Shown here: positions 11,155 to 24,200 of the stretch, piece after piece
Numbering within the stretch: the stretch's first letter is position 1
Layout: every line of letters starts with the position of its first letter
Assembly: GCF_902459465.1 (NCBI RefSeq)
Contig: NC_047071.1
Coordinates: 4,216,001-4,280,000 of the forward strand
Direction: 5' to 3'
DNA: 64,000 nucleotides
Source of the DNA: Asterias rubens
Lineage: Eukaryota
The notes under the pieces: model-generated
What the model saw: only the letters and a program-made list of their open reading frames with translations
Databases searched by the model: none
What the model was told of the DNA's origin: nothing
Position numbers and translations under genes: made by a program

Positions 11155-11542
11155 TTAAAGGCAGTGGACACTATTGGTAATTACTCAAAATAATTATTGG
11201 CACAAAACCTTTCTTGGTGACGAGTAATGGGGAGAGGTTGATGGTATAAAACTTTGTGCGAAACGGCTCTCTTCTAAGTGCCCATAGTTTTCGAGAAAGA
11301 AGTAATTTTCCACGAATTTGATTTCGAGACCTCAGATTTAGAACTTGAGGTCTCGAAATCAACCATCTAAACGCACACAACTTCGTGTGACAAGGGCGTT
11401 TTTTTCTTTCATTATTATCTTGCAAGTTCGATGACCGATTGAGCTCAAATTTTCACTGGTTTGTTATTTTATACATATGTTGAGATACACCAACTGTGAA
11501 GGCTAGTCTTTGACAATTACCGATAGTGTCCACTGCCTTTAA
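11155..11542. mobile_element. Kolobok-like MITE (main family)
   Basis: Same TIRs and TTAA flanks. Confidence 0.85.
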
Positions 11543-12661
11543 TTTAAAATGGTACCCAGTCATTTGTCTTTATTGTTTATTCCTTGAAAATTTACTTTCT
11601 GCTAATTTGGGTTTGACTTCAACAAGGCCTCTTTTTCAAAAATCTTTACAAACTTTTAAGAATTTTCTTTTAAGTGGAGGGTCATTTTTTAAATTTTAAA
11701 GTGCAATATTATGATAAATGCCGTTTGGAAGTGAGTAGGTGATAGTTGCATAAACGTAGCTCGAAAGGGTCAATGGACATCGGGGTTAGGTTAAAAACGT
11801 AATTCAATCATTTTACTATAATTTATTTTATTACTTTTTATTGGAGATACAAAATTTGCATAAGTCATTTAGACTCCTTTTGTGTAGCTATTTGGGGGTA
11901 TTTCTTTTTGCTTTATATATTAATTATAGCAGCCAGCAGTTTTATCAAACGGAAGTTAATGCAATGCAGAAGTTTAAAGGAGCAAACAAACTGATTTAAT
12001 ACCCAAAACATTAATATTTATTAATATAAACACTCTTTACGTCAAACCGAAACAATGTGCATGTACCAACTCCTGACAAAATGTTTTGATTGCCAAGAAA
12101 TCAAATAATTTGCATCTTGAATAACAGAGGCCATTGCCTCCCTTGCCCCTGTCTTGGCCTTTTGGTGCCCCTTCAAAAGTTTCAAATATACTTTCAGATT
12201 TTCCAAGTACCCTATTTAAAATGAAAATGACCTTTAGCCCTCTCAAATAAAAAAATCCAGACCTGACATGTATACCATTCATTATGGGTGAAACATGATG
12301 TCGTTGAAATACTTATTAAAATGCATCGGTCAGTTTCTTAACTTATTTTTTTCCGCACCATGTTATTTTTTTTATGCGAAAATTAAAATAAGCATTTACT
12401 GTTGAAGCAGTAATTTGGTGTCCTTTAACATGGATTTCTTTCTGAGTTTATTGTCACTGTGTGTCAAGCCCATCCATCACTATCAGTTTACTGCTTCAAT
12501 CCTTATGACCTTTTTGTAAATGAGTGACCATCAGCCGATTACAGGATTGGACGCACTTTAGAAAAGGCTAATCTTTTATTATACAGTTCACTGCTTTTAT
12601 TCAATGCTCACCTTTGTCCAAAGATCAAATGCAAGAAGAGATTGGTACAAAGTTCACACCT

Positions 12662-12903
12662 GGGCCCAATTTCATAGAGCTGCTAAGCACACAAATTTGC
12701 TTAGCATGAGATTTCTTCCTTGATAAAAACAGGATTACCATCTGAGTTTCCATCCGTTGCATATTGCTTGGTACTGGTATTCAGCTGTTTTTTTTCTAAT
12801 CCTGAAAATCAAGTGGAAATTTGGTAGATAATCCTGTTTTTATCAGAGAAGAAAATTCATGCTAAGCAAATTGTTGTGCTTAGCAGCTCTATGAAATCGG
12901 GCC
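12662..12903. mobile_element. Harbinger-like MITE (GGCCC termini, CTG flanks); relatives at ~19073-19252, ~35976-36158, ~63890-64000
   Basis: ctgGGCCCAATTTCATAGAGCTGCTAAGCAC...GTGCTTAGCAGCTCTATGAAATCGGGCCctg. Confidence 0.8.
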
Positions 12904-13219
12904 CTGTACAGATCATTATTACTCTTGGGCCATAGTAGAGCAAGTTTGTAGTCATTTAGTTGTGACTGCATATCTTGCTTGATTGACCTAATCAAAATGA
13001 CTGAAATTTGCTTGTTCTTAAAATGCTCACACCCCAAGCTTCCGACACCCCTACCCGTTTCTGATATATTTGTTTACCCTCAGAAAAGTTAGGAATTGTT
13101 TTGTTTATGTCAGCCGTTTGAAACAATTTGTCCATGGCATTTTCCCAACTTCCTAACTTGGACCCCCTCGTAAAGTAACACCCGCCCCCTGTGAAGAAAA
13201 TTCTGGCTGGGCGCCGTAT

Positions 13220-13362
13220 AGCCCACCTTGTTGAGCTGTTAGTGGCTCCGCTTTTAACATCGGTCTCATCACTGTCACAACATCGGTCTCATCACTGTCA
13301 CATGTGACAGTGATGAGACCGATGTTAAAAGCGGAGCCATTAACAGCTCAACAAGGTGGGCT
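13220..13362. repeat. Near-perfect palindrome with an internal 23-bp tandem duplication
   Basis: agcccaccttgttgagctg...ctgtcac[AT]gtgacag...cagctcaacaaggtgggct; 14-bp direct repeat ggctgggcgccgta at both ends. Confidence 0.9.
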
Positions 13363-13469
13363 GGGCGCCGTAATGCGTTATTTTGCAGGGGACAGTTTTT
13401 GTAAATGTAATTTGTTACTCCTCCAAGTTGATTGGTTATCTGCAGATGTTTCCAGGAAATACTAATGGA

Positions 13470-13650
13470 ATCACACTAAAATGTAAAATAAACGTATGGT
13501 TTTGTTTCGGTTGTTATGAAAAGTAAACGTAGGGTTTATTTCGTCACCCCCCCCCCCACACACTAAAATGTAAAATAAACGTATGGTTTTGTTTCGGTTG
13601 TTATGAAAAGTAAACGTAGGGTTTATTTCGTCACCCCCCCCCCCCCCCCC
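13470..13650. repeat. Two-copy ~80-bp tandem duplication with poly-C ends upstream of LARP6
   Basis: cacactaaaatgtaaaataaacgtatggttttg...atttcgtcacccccc twice. Confidence 0.9.
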
Positions 13651-14135
13651 CCCACCCACCTCCCCGTACATTCCAAAACAACTCATCATTTTAGCCAGTT
13701 ATTCTTGTGAAATGACCCACGTGGTTTAATCATCAACGCCCGGTGGTTCACCCGGAACTTCCGCTAACTTTCTTGGTAAAGGACACGTGGGTCTTAAAAT
13801 TGAGTAATAATAAAGTAATAAATAAGATATGCGACTGTGGGGGGGGGGGGGGGCGCTTTTTCTCACTTAAAGAATAATCGCTTTCGTTTCTCGATGAAAA
13901 AAATCTGCATCAAGAGATAGCGAGAACCAGTGAGTTTTGTGCGGTGGTTTGTGGCGTATTTACAGTCGGGAACCATTTTTGTTTATGTGCTATTTTGCTA
14001 CCCCCTCGTGCCTCTCGTCAACTACACGGAAGGGTGCGGATTCGGGTGAAATTTCGACATTCCCTCCTCGGTTTCAGTTGCGCGGAGTAGTTCGTCCAGA
14101 GGTTTTGGAGACATCAGTCCAACTCCTGGGACATA

Positions 14136-17100
14136 ATGAGCGAATCTGCGGCATTGGAAACGACTGAGAACGGCTCATGCAGCCCGGTAATGTCGGAGCA
14201 TCTGGTGATCGAAAAGCCGGTATCGGTGTCGGAAATCGGGTCTTTATCGCCTACTGCTAGTTCAGTATCAACCGCACGCAGTAGCCCTCCATCATGTCCA
14301 TTGGTAAATATTGACATCAAAATCACATCAAATATTACATGAAATACTCCTGATTGGCATAGGGAAGTACCAAGTACTAAACTAGTTGTCCAGTTAGTAG
14401 TGAACTTTAATTTATCTGTCAACATCTTCATCTTTTTTATTCATCAAGTGGAAGTGCTGCCTTTTTTATTTGGAAAGTTTCTTATTCTGAATCTGATTCT
14501 GTAATCCCTGTATCCATCATCCTGCTACAGTGCTACCACTTTTTCACTTATTTTTACCATTTTACCAGCAAAAGGAATATCTCCCTTGAGTAAATTCGAT
14601 ACTTAATAATTCATAACATTAACAAATTAAAGCGTGGTGGCTGGTACTGATATTCTTTTGTCATGTTTGTTGTTATGTTAAGGCTGGGAATAAACACGTT
14701 TGCAGTAAGAATAGTTAATATAATAGGATTATGTTTTACCAATATCATATTCAAACTTTCAAAAAGGTGTTGTTGTGATATATAAAAGTTAGATTTGTTT
14801 AATTATTATTATTAAGCATTTAGGTACGCTATTCATGGTAAAACCATATCACAGCGTTTACAAAGAGCAATAAATTAAACATTATACAAACAAACAACAA
14901 TGTTTAATGTACAGAGTCATTGTAGTCGGCCATCGAAAGTTCATTCAGTGAGTGACACTGTGGTGCGGGAAGTAAATACCAAATACACTACTGTATGGAC
15001 AGTAGCCTAGTTATGACGGGAAAAAGTGCTGTATCTGACCTGGGGATAATTGTAACAACCCTCCATCACCCCATGGGTTACATAATTATCGCAACTATAT
15101 ATATTTGACCATAACCTACACGTTCCCAGGAGTACATGTAGGCCTACTTTTGGGTTGTTGTTTTTGTGTAAAATGTAAGGGGAACCATTTGTATGAGTCC
15201 GAATTGGGACTCAAATGTAATACTTGGGACTTGGGAGTATTGCGAAAAACAGGATGTGACACGAGTTCCACTAATCAAAACGCAAGGATCTTTGAGAGGG
15301 CAAGGCCATATTTCTCAAAGTGGCACTTCCAGTGGATGGGCAACTTTTTAGGGGACACCAAGGCCAAGACTATTGCCTCTGTAATTCCAGGCCTGAGTTT
15401 ATTTTTGAGTTACACTCTTCGCTTTTAACTATTAAGAGTTGGAGATGGGTTTTCTAGAGGATGGAAATTGTCTTCATGGTTTGGTCCAAAGTCCATTGGA
15501 AAACCTTCAAAGTTGTTTACTAGCATTAAAATATAATAATGTGTTGCAAACGGTCGCACTAAATAACGACAACTCACGACCCCTCAAGACAACTTACGAC
15601 AACAATTGTTAAATACACTTTACCAGAACATTTGAACATAATTCAACCGTTAAATATGTGCACAAGAGTCATATGCATCTAAAACACTTTCAAACTGTTG
15701 AAAAATTGTATTTGTAACTGTAAAAAAAGTGTTTTTTACCCCGAATTTATTAACGAACGGAAATATTGCTATGTTGTCTTTCAACGTACTTGGACGATTC
15801 TATTACACCGCATGGAGCGAGGTAATTTCTGAGGGCTGATTTTTATTTTTTCGTTTTGGTTTTAGCTGCTGATTTTTTCTTTCTCGTTAGTAACTAAGCC
15901 GCCACTCTTGAATTCGAAGTTAAAAGGGGAAACTTAAATATAGGCCTAATATTGTTTTAAACTCCATGAGATACATAACAAAATGGTAAGTAATCATCTT
16001 GCATATTGTATCACCTAAGCTTGGGCGATATCGATTTATTTTATTCACGATATATCGCAGACAATAAATCGCGATATTCGATATAATCGCGGTTAATTAA
16101 ATTTGTCATCATCAGTCTTCAAACTCCAAGTGAAAGTTGTAGAAGAGACAGTCATAGCATAAGAGAGGTGTTCTAATGACCTGTTTGTCTGGTTTTACTC
16201 CAAACCTATGGGGTGCAAGATGTCTCAGCTAGCAAATACATCGCGATATTTAATCGATATCGCGATTATCGATATTTCGATTAAAACCAAATCCATCCGA
16301 TATCGAAATCGTTTCCAAATTAATATCGTGATATTCGATAATATCGTGATATCTCCCAAGCTTATCACCCCTGCGGTATAATAGAATCGTCCAAGTGCGT
16401 CGAAAGACAACATGGCGGATATAAATGCGGGTAAAAAAAACTTTTTTTTACATTTAAAAACACAATTTTTTCAACAGTTTGAAAATGATTTAGGTGCATA
16501 TGACTCTTGTGCATATATGTAAGGGTTGACTTATGTTCAAATGTTCTGATAAAGTACATTTAAAAATTGTTGTCGTGAGTTGTCGTGAGGGGTCGTGAGT
16601 TGTCGGTATTTAGTGCGACCCGTTACGTAAAACAAAACCTTCACATCAAAATTGTCACCTAAGTTTGTGAAACTCTTATTATTATATGCAGATATTTACA
16701 ACTTGTTGTCATTTTGCTTTACACGAAACTGTAGGTTCAAATTTCCAGACCACCCGAGCAAGAACCTACCGGTGAAGATGCCTATCCTGAGTCAGCTGAC
16801 AATTCCAGCAACAGCTCCCTCAGTGAAGATGCTGACACACCCATCAAGAAGGCAAGTAAATCCGATGACGGAGGAGTGGAGAGTACGGGAGAGAGAGAAT
16901 GGACGCCCCCTGATGAAGCCCTACAGGCCAAGATCATCAAACAGGTAGAGTTTTATTTCTCCGATGCCAATATCACCAAAGATGCATTCTTGTTAAAGCA
17001 CGTCCGGCGAAATAAAGAGGGCTATGTCAGTCTTAAACTTATCACATCGTTTAAGAAGGTCAAGAGCCTGACTAAGGATTGGAGAACTGTGCGGCATAGC

Positions 17101-18159
17101 CTTCAGAGCTCAACAACCTTGGAGGTTAATGATGAGGGAACCAAAGTGAAACGGAAGGCCCCTCTACCAGACTACGATGAGACCACTCCATCAAGAACAG
17201 TCGTGGTGGTTAATCTACCCACAGAAAACCCATCTATTGAAAGCATTGCTGAGCTGTTCAAGCATTGCGGTGACATTTCTTTGGTGAGAATCCTACGCCC
17301 TGGGAAAGCTTTCCCACAGGATGTCCGTAAGCACATAGAGAGGCACAGTGAAGTCCGTAATAAAGTCTGCGCTCTGGTGGAGTTTGAAACTGGACAGGCC
17401 GCCCTGAAGGCTGCCAAGCAAATGAGCGATAAGGACAACTGGCGCACTGGGATGGTCGTGACAGTACTATCAAAGGAGAAGAGAAAAGAGAAAATCAAAG
17501 ATAAAGAGTCTCACCAACAAAGCAATAATCGCAGGAGTACTGAGGGACTCTCTCCGTCACAAGGTGGCGACCTGACAGGCTCTGACGGTGGCGAAGGTGG
17601 AGACTCAGCCAAGAAAAAGAAACGTCAACGGAAAAAGAAGAATGCCAGGATTGATGAACTGGCTGCAGACCGTGTAGAGATCCCAGGTACACCCAGCTCC
17701 TCCGATGTAGAGAATTCCCCTTTACCAAGCCGCAGGCACATCAGCAAGCCCGTCATTGTCCCCCAAGGTAAGAGCCCGGTCCATCTTAGCCCGAGCAACA
17801 CACCAAAAGGAAGTCCCAACCCAAGTCCTCATGGTAGCCCTCGACAACAGAGGAAAGTCGGCCGATCGCCACTCGCTAATTCTCGTAATAGCCCAAGGAA
17901 TAGCCCAAGAGCTAGCCCAGAGTTGGGTCGCAAGATGTATGATAGTTTCTCGGATCACAGTAATACATCGAGTCCTTGGGTGCAGCGTCGTAAACTTCTT
18001 GCGGCATCATCTGAGGCAAGTCCAGTGGGTAGCCCCTTAATGGCTCGAAGGAGCTTAACCCACGCTAATGAGCTAGAGTCGTTAGTGAGATTGCCTGCAG
18101 GTCCAGACGGTACCAAAGGATTCTCTGTAGGTAGAGGGCGTGGTATCCCTAGGAACTGA
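14136..18159 (+). CDS. LARP6: La-related protein 6, 2 coding exons, 530 aa
   Basis: Exon 1 14136-14303 (donor ttg|gtaaat); exon 2 16735-18159 (acceptor ctgtag|gtt), in frame with ORF 16876-18159. La motif (KQVEFYFSDANITKDAFLLKHVRRNKEGYVSLKLITSFKKVK), RRM-like (SRTVVVVNLP...CGDISLVRILRPG...CALVEFE), basic NLS-like KKKKRQRKKK, SPWVQRRK, C-terminal LSA/SUZ-C motif RLPAGPDGTKGF. Confidence 0.93.
15548..16625. mobile_element. Foldback-type element with ~260-bp inverted arms in the LARP6 intron, containing a nested element (~16015-16360)
   Basis: aacggtcgcactaaata... / ...tatttagtgcgacccgtt; arms align over ~260 bp. Nested element taagcttgggcgatatc...gatatctcccaagctta is flanked by tcacc on both sides. 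Confidence 0.8.
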
Positions 18160-18227
18160 TCCCAACAAATAAAATTACCATTCTCTGTTTAGATAATCAG
18201 TGATTTTAGATGGAATGTTTTCAGTAT

Positions 18228-18336
18228 ACAATTGTTGCACGCTGTGACGGGGTCCATGGCGTTTTGTACACCCGATGGGGAAAATGGCACCCGTGTACAA
18301 AACCCATGGACCCCAGTCACAGCGTGCAACAATTGT
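18228..18336 (+). repeat. ~109-nt hairpin (~43-bp stem) 70 nt after the LARP6 stop codon
   Basis: acaattgttgcacgctgtgac-ggggtccatgg-cgttttgtacac ... gtgtacaaaac-ccatggacccc-a-gtcacagcgtgcaacaattgt. Confidence 0.9.
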
Positions 18337-19561
18337 TTTGTTGTACCTTTGTTTAATTGTTATTCCTCTTTTCGAAGTTCTGTTGTCATCTTCAAACATT
18401 ATCACGACGGTCTATTCATTGTTTAATAAGCAGACGAACAAGAAACAATTCCCTCGAACCCGCGGTTGTTTCGTACACAGCACTGGAAATCGACCAACGC
18501 TAGGAACGATCAAGTTGATGTACACCGGTGTACATCACTTTTCATGTTACCCGGCCCGTCAAGCCATGTAACATGCGTTTTTGTTGCGCGTCACATGGTT
18601 CTCGACCAATCAAACCAATCAAACTTCACAGTTTGTTACCGAGGTATAACAATTACAAATGAAACTTATTAACCTCTTTTCATAGGGATGCCGCTTGGCC
18701 CAATTTCGTGACATGTTGAAACCCTTGTTCCAATAAAATGTAGGCTACTTTTTTCCAGAGCTAAATGGTATGCCTGGTACAATTGGATTTTTAACCGTAC
18801 AATCCTGATGCCAGCAGGCATGTTTATCAATACACATTATCACAGACCTATCAACCTTCATGTATTCAATGTAATGGGATTAAACGATAGAAGTGCCCAG
18901 CCTCTGTGAAATGGGCGCAACAAAAACCCTTTGTTCCATCCCGTTATCTCTGGTGCATTTAAAATCCATGGTTTCACTCTCATACAATGATGTACACAAG
19001 CTACAAATCAAAGATTGGATAGCTTAGAAATGACAGGTTTGCAAAGGTTGTACATTTTAGAACATTTAATCCGGGCCCCGATTTCATAAAGCATGTAAGG
19101 AAGCAAGAAAACTTGCTTAACACAGAAAACTCTTGCTCAGCAAAAATAGGGTTACCAGCCAAAGTACTGTACATTTACCATTCCTGTGATTGGTTCCCAA
19201 TGCCATTGCTAAGCAGCAATGGCATTTGTTCACAGCTTTATGAAACTGGGTCGTGACCTTTTCACCGACTTATTAAATGATATTTTGGGTTCAAAGTAGA
19301 TTTTTTTTATAGAATTCTTTCCAATCGAAGAAATCATTTTTTTTCTTTTTTTTTTTTCCGTTATGTAAAATGAATTGCAATGCCCTTTCAGGCAAAGGTT
19401 ATTTGTATATAGTTTATGTTGTTGGATGCAGACTACAGAGGTGATTCTCTAATTTGTGTTTATATTATTTTATAGTGCATTTATATTTATGACTATTTGT
19501 TTTACGTGTAGGATTTCAGGGTAACTGAGCTCATTAGAGAGAACAATTTCATAGAGCTGCT

Positions 19562-19954
19562 TCAAGGCAGTGGACACTATTGGTAATTACTCAAAATAAT
19601 TATAAGCATAAAACCTTACTTGGTAACAAGTAATGGGGAGAGGTTAATAGTATAAATCATTGTGAGAAAAACCGCTCCCTCTGACGTGACGTAGTTTTGG
19701 GAAAGAAGTAATTTTCCGCAATTTTGATTTCGAGACCTCAGATTTAGAATTTGAGGTCTCAAAATCAAGCATCTGAAAGCACACAACTTCGTGTGACCGG
19801 GGGTGTTTTTGTTTTCTTCTATTATTATCTCGCAACTTCGGCGACCAATTGAGCTCAAATTTTCACAGGTTTGTTATTTCATGCATATGTTGAGATACAC
19901 CAAGTGAGAAGACTGGTCTTTGACAATAATACCAATAGTGTCCAGTGTCTTTTA
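19562..19954. mobile_element. Kolobok-like MITE (main family)
   Basis: Same TIRs; flanks mutated. Confidence 0.8.
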
Positions 19955-21094
19955 GCAGCCCAGTGAAATTGGGCTTACATGTAGGTGACATTTCCACATT
20001 TCCATTGACATAATAACAGCTGTACTTACTATACTTGTTGTACATATATAGTTAGTGTTCAAAATGTAAACACAAACAAATCAAGGTTTGGAATTTCATC
20101 TTTAGAAAGGGCAAGACTGGACCATTTTTAATTGAACAAGGGCACTTAACTCTACGGGATACTTTTAAAGGAGGAGTACTTGGGAAAAACCAGGTCAACA
20201 GAGGTCATTGCCTCCATGACCTCTGTGTAATTCCAGGCATAACAAAATAATATATTGTGTACAAATGCTCATACTGTATGTACATCTAGCCGTATTTTTT
20301 TGAGTGACTTTTTGGATTGTAAGAACAGGTTTAGTACTAATTTTTCTTACGCTTTTGAGAGAGACAGTGAAAAATCCCATCTAATTCAATAATCTAAATT
20401 ATTTTTTAAATGCCACACTTGTTTATATGCATTGAATGAAAAATTGTGAAAAAGTGGGGCAACTTTGCCTTACTTATGACAATGCAATTTAAATCGTGCC
20501 CAGAAGATTTTTTTAGTGTCAATCATTCAAATTGGTAAATTAGGAAGTGCATATTATCCTTTAAATGAAGCTTACACAATGCTGAGCGTACATGTACGCG
20601 CAGTGTGGTATTATACAGCTTTTTGTAAGTTATTGAGAACACTCACTCTGGCTTCCATACATCCCTGGAAAGGGAATGGCAATTGGCAAACTGGCTTTCA
20701 TACACCCCTGGGAAGAGAATGGCAATTGGCAAATTGGCTTCCAACCCAACCTCCCCCACCCCTGCCTCATTGATGATGTAGTTCTTTTTGTCTGTATTGG
20801 TACACTATAAACCCAGAGTTTCAATGCAAGGTGTAAATTTATTATTGTTATTATTTTTGTTCAATATGGTAAGCTGGAATCTGCAGCTTGTTCATATGTA
20901 AATATTTCAAAAACTTATTATGTGTATAATTGACTTTTGGTAGCATCGATGGTGTCATTTGGTGCTCGCTATGTGGCATGGTGTACCCCTCCCCTTTTTT
21001 TTATTTTGTCACTTCGATAGTCAGCCAGCCTTTTCGCTGGTCCACATCCTGTACGGGTTTTTTTTTTTTTACGGTTAGGATTCTAACCGACTCT

Positions 21095-21280
21095 AGCTTC
21101 AGAGCAATCTTGGTGGTCAAGTTGGTAAGACACTGCTCTAGAGTTCCAAAGGTCATGGGTTCAAATCCCACCTGGGTAATATGCCTATGGATTTTTTTTC
21201 TTCATAGAATTCGGGAAAGTACGGAGTATACAGTGCTCAAAAACAAAATATGTGTAAGGGTAAAAAAAAAAAAAAAGTAA
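21095..21280 (+). mobile_element. tRNA-derived SINE with poly(A) end; copies at 54715-54905 (-), ~50745-50850 (-), ~50125-50195 (+, partial)
   Basis: ggtggtcaagttggtaagacactgctctaga...ggttcaaatccc...gggaaagtacggagtatacagtgct...gtaagggtaaaaaaaa. Confidence 0.75.
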
Positions 21281-24200
21281 TTTTTCTAGTTCATTAATAC
21301 ATTAATTGTAAACTGTGTTTTCATTTTGATTTTTGTACATGTAGTTTCTTGTATTTTCTCTTGATTCTGCCCTTGCAATCAAATTTGGGGTTTAGCGAAA
21401 ATTTCGCCGAAATGTTTTATCAAAAAGCCTTGCGATCTTGTGGACTTTCCCAAGTTCAAGCCCTGAGTGATAGGCTACAGTGCAGACGGGCTGAAAACTA
21501 GATATGATGAATATGAGTCCTTTGAATAATTCGTCGCTATGAGATTGTTGAAAGTGAAAGTTTATTCAAGGCTGTACTACTGCAAGACAGTTGAAAATTC
21601 TAAGATAAACTCGCTTACATGTATGTACATGTACATGTACACACTATGCACGTGTAGCTTTCTGACACACAAACATGTACATATTGTGTTTACATACATG
21701 TCGTATATAGGAAGTTACAATTGGGGTTTTGATTGCAAAGGTCTAGCAAATAGCAATACAGTTAAGTTATATAATAAGTACTGTAGTGCTATAGAAATAA
21801 GCCAGCTACGTACGACGAGTTGATGAAATAGAGAAATTAGAAGCAGAGCCTAAATGCTTTTCATTTATGTACAGAAAATAGAATTTAAAATATCCTTACA
21901 ACATAATTATTGGGTATCCCTGCCCCCCCCCCCCAAAAAAAGAGAGTATTTTTGGGGGGTACTTTAGGGTTAAGTACGAACACTGAAAAGAGTCTCTGTA
22001 AATTTGTATTTATTTGTTTTAACTACAAATATTGTGTAGCCTAAATGCAAGGGGGAGGTCAAATTTGTTTTCATTTTCAGCAAGGCACAACAGTGTTTAA
22101 TATAACATTCCGACAGTGTAGTTTTTGTGATCTTTGAGTTTTTGGCGGGAATTTACAATGTTCCATTGACTCCAAAAAATGTTGCAAGGCCTGTGAAGCT
22201 TAGCAAATGTTTTTGGACCTTATGCTTTAACTTCATTGCGCTGCAATCTAAGTTGTGAAACGGGGACAAAATAATGAAAACACACACTGTACATACGCGT
22301 GGCGCACATGAACGGCCTATGAACAACCTCCTTATTACCTCTAGCCAATGGGGCCCTGTTAAACGATGTCATGTGTGCATAACTCCTATTGCTTTATTTT
22401 GACCCTTTTTCTTATTAAACCTAGTGCTTTTAAAAACACTTTACTTTTATATGTGTTCATCCAACCCAAATATTTGTACAATTTGTATCTTGTAAATAGT
22501 ATGTAAAATATTATTTGAATGCATCATTTATCTTGAATTCGTTAACAAAAGGTTTGAAACCACTAGTGTATGTTTAGAACCCTTGGAGATACGTCAACAG
22601 TTGCCCTGTCGGCCATTTTGGATTGATAAATATCAACAAGAAAAGGTGAATCAGAACCTCCCCCCCCCCCCCCAAACACACACACAACTCTGTGTTGCAG
22701 CATGGAGGATTTCCTCCATGGTTGCAGTCAGTATGTGGACATTCCTTTTCCTATTCTTCAACACTGTGAATAACACTGTGTTGACGTGTTTAAGTCCACA
22801 TAGTGTTTAAGGTCCCTACATTATGTGGACTTCTTTTATTCTCAGGTCCGCACTTCGTATGTAGCGTAAAACTCACTTAGCAGGAGGCTAGTCATTTTTA
22901 TCATACACTGTTAAAACATCCAGGTGCTGGTCAGAGTTGACACAAATTCTTTGTGAAACTTACCCAAAACTGTGTCAAACTGATGAAGAATTCAAGTCAA
23001 AATCCCAATCAGTTTCCGGGTCAGCCTGACCCTCAAAGGAGTCAGGCCCATTACATAGTGGGTCTGGAATCCGGGTCAATTCCTTGGGGGGGGGGGCTTT
23101 TAGAGTCTAGCCAGTACATTTCCAGTATCCACTGTCTAGTGACAAGAAAGAGAAAGTATTTCTTACTATTAGGGATGGCCCCTGAAAGCTAATATGGGAA
23201 TATTTTCTGTTTATTCTGCCGCCACTTTTTCACTCATTTTTACCAAAAGGCATTTCTCTTTTGAGGAAATTAAATTCTAAATTATTACGTAACAAATGAA
23301 AAAGGGGTGGCAGGATAGGAAAACTTCAGAAAATATTACCTGACTGTATTCAATCGTGCACACTGCAGAGTCTAGTCTAGACTTGATGACAAGTCGTTAG
23401 GCGCTGCCTATTTGTCTGCCTTTCATGCAACAGTCACAGTGCGATGTTACACATGCAACAGTCCTAGGTAGCGCGAGGCAGCTCTAATTGCGACTGACTC
23501 ACACACACATACTGGGATCGAGGGTGTGTGCATCGTTCCCGTAGCTACACCGCGCTGTAACTACACACATTACCTTCTTGACTTCAAGACTAAGTCTAGT
23601 CTGACAGCAAAATTTGTCCCAAGCCAGTGGATGATGATTTGAGGACGTTATTTGCAAGGGTTCTTTACTGCGACCATGGATTCCCAACTACATAAAGGGA
23701 ATCCATGCCTTTATAGTGACAGATTCATTTTCATAAAGTTTTATTTGATATTATGAAGTATTACTTGAATATATTTTATTGTATTGTATCATTGAGTAGA
23801 TATATTTGCATTCAACTTTTTAATACGTTTTAATATACGGTATATTTCAATTGATAAATATATCTTTGTGAAGTTTCAAATGGTCTTCAAAGAATTGAAG
23901 TAGCTTTGAAGTTTCAAAGAAAAGCTTTATTTTCAAAATATTTTTGTTTTGTTGATTGATTTTTGTGATTATTGGGCCGTTGTTACTTTTCTTTGTTTTC
24001 ATTGATTTATTGTAATTTCTTATTGCCCCAATCCCTTATTCCAAAAACATGCCAGGTTTTTTTACTTGCCTTTAGAATTCCTCCTCACTTTGAATACAAC
24101 TATTGAGGTTCCCCGTAATTTAACAAGGTTAAAAAAAAGCTGTCATATTATTTGTTTCCTTTTGACAACAGATTTTGTTCTTACCGTACTTCGTTTCAAA

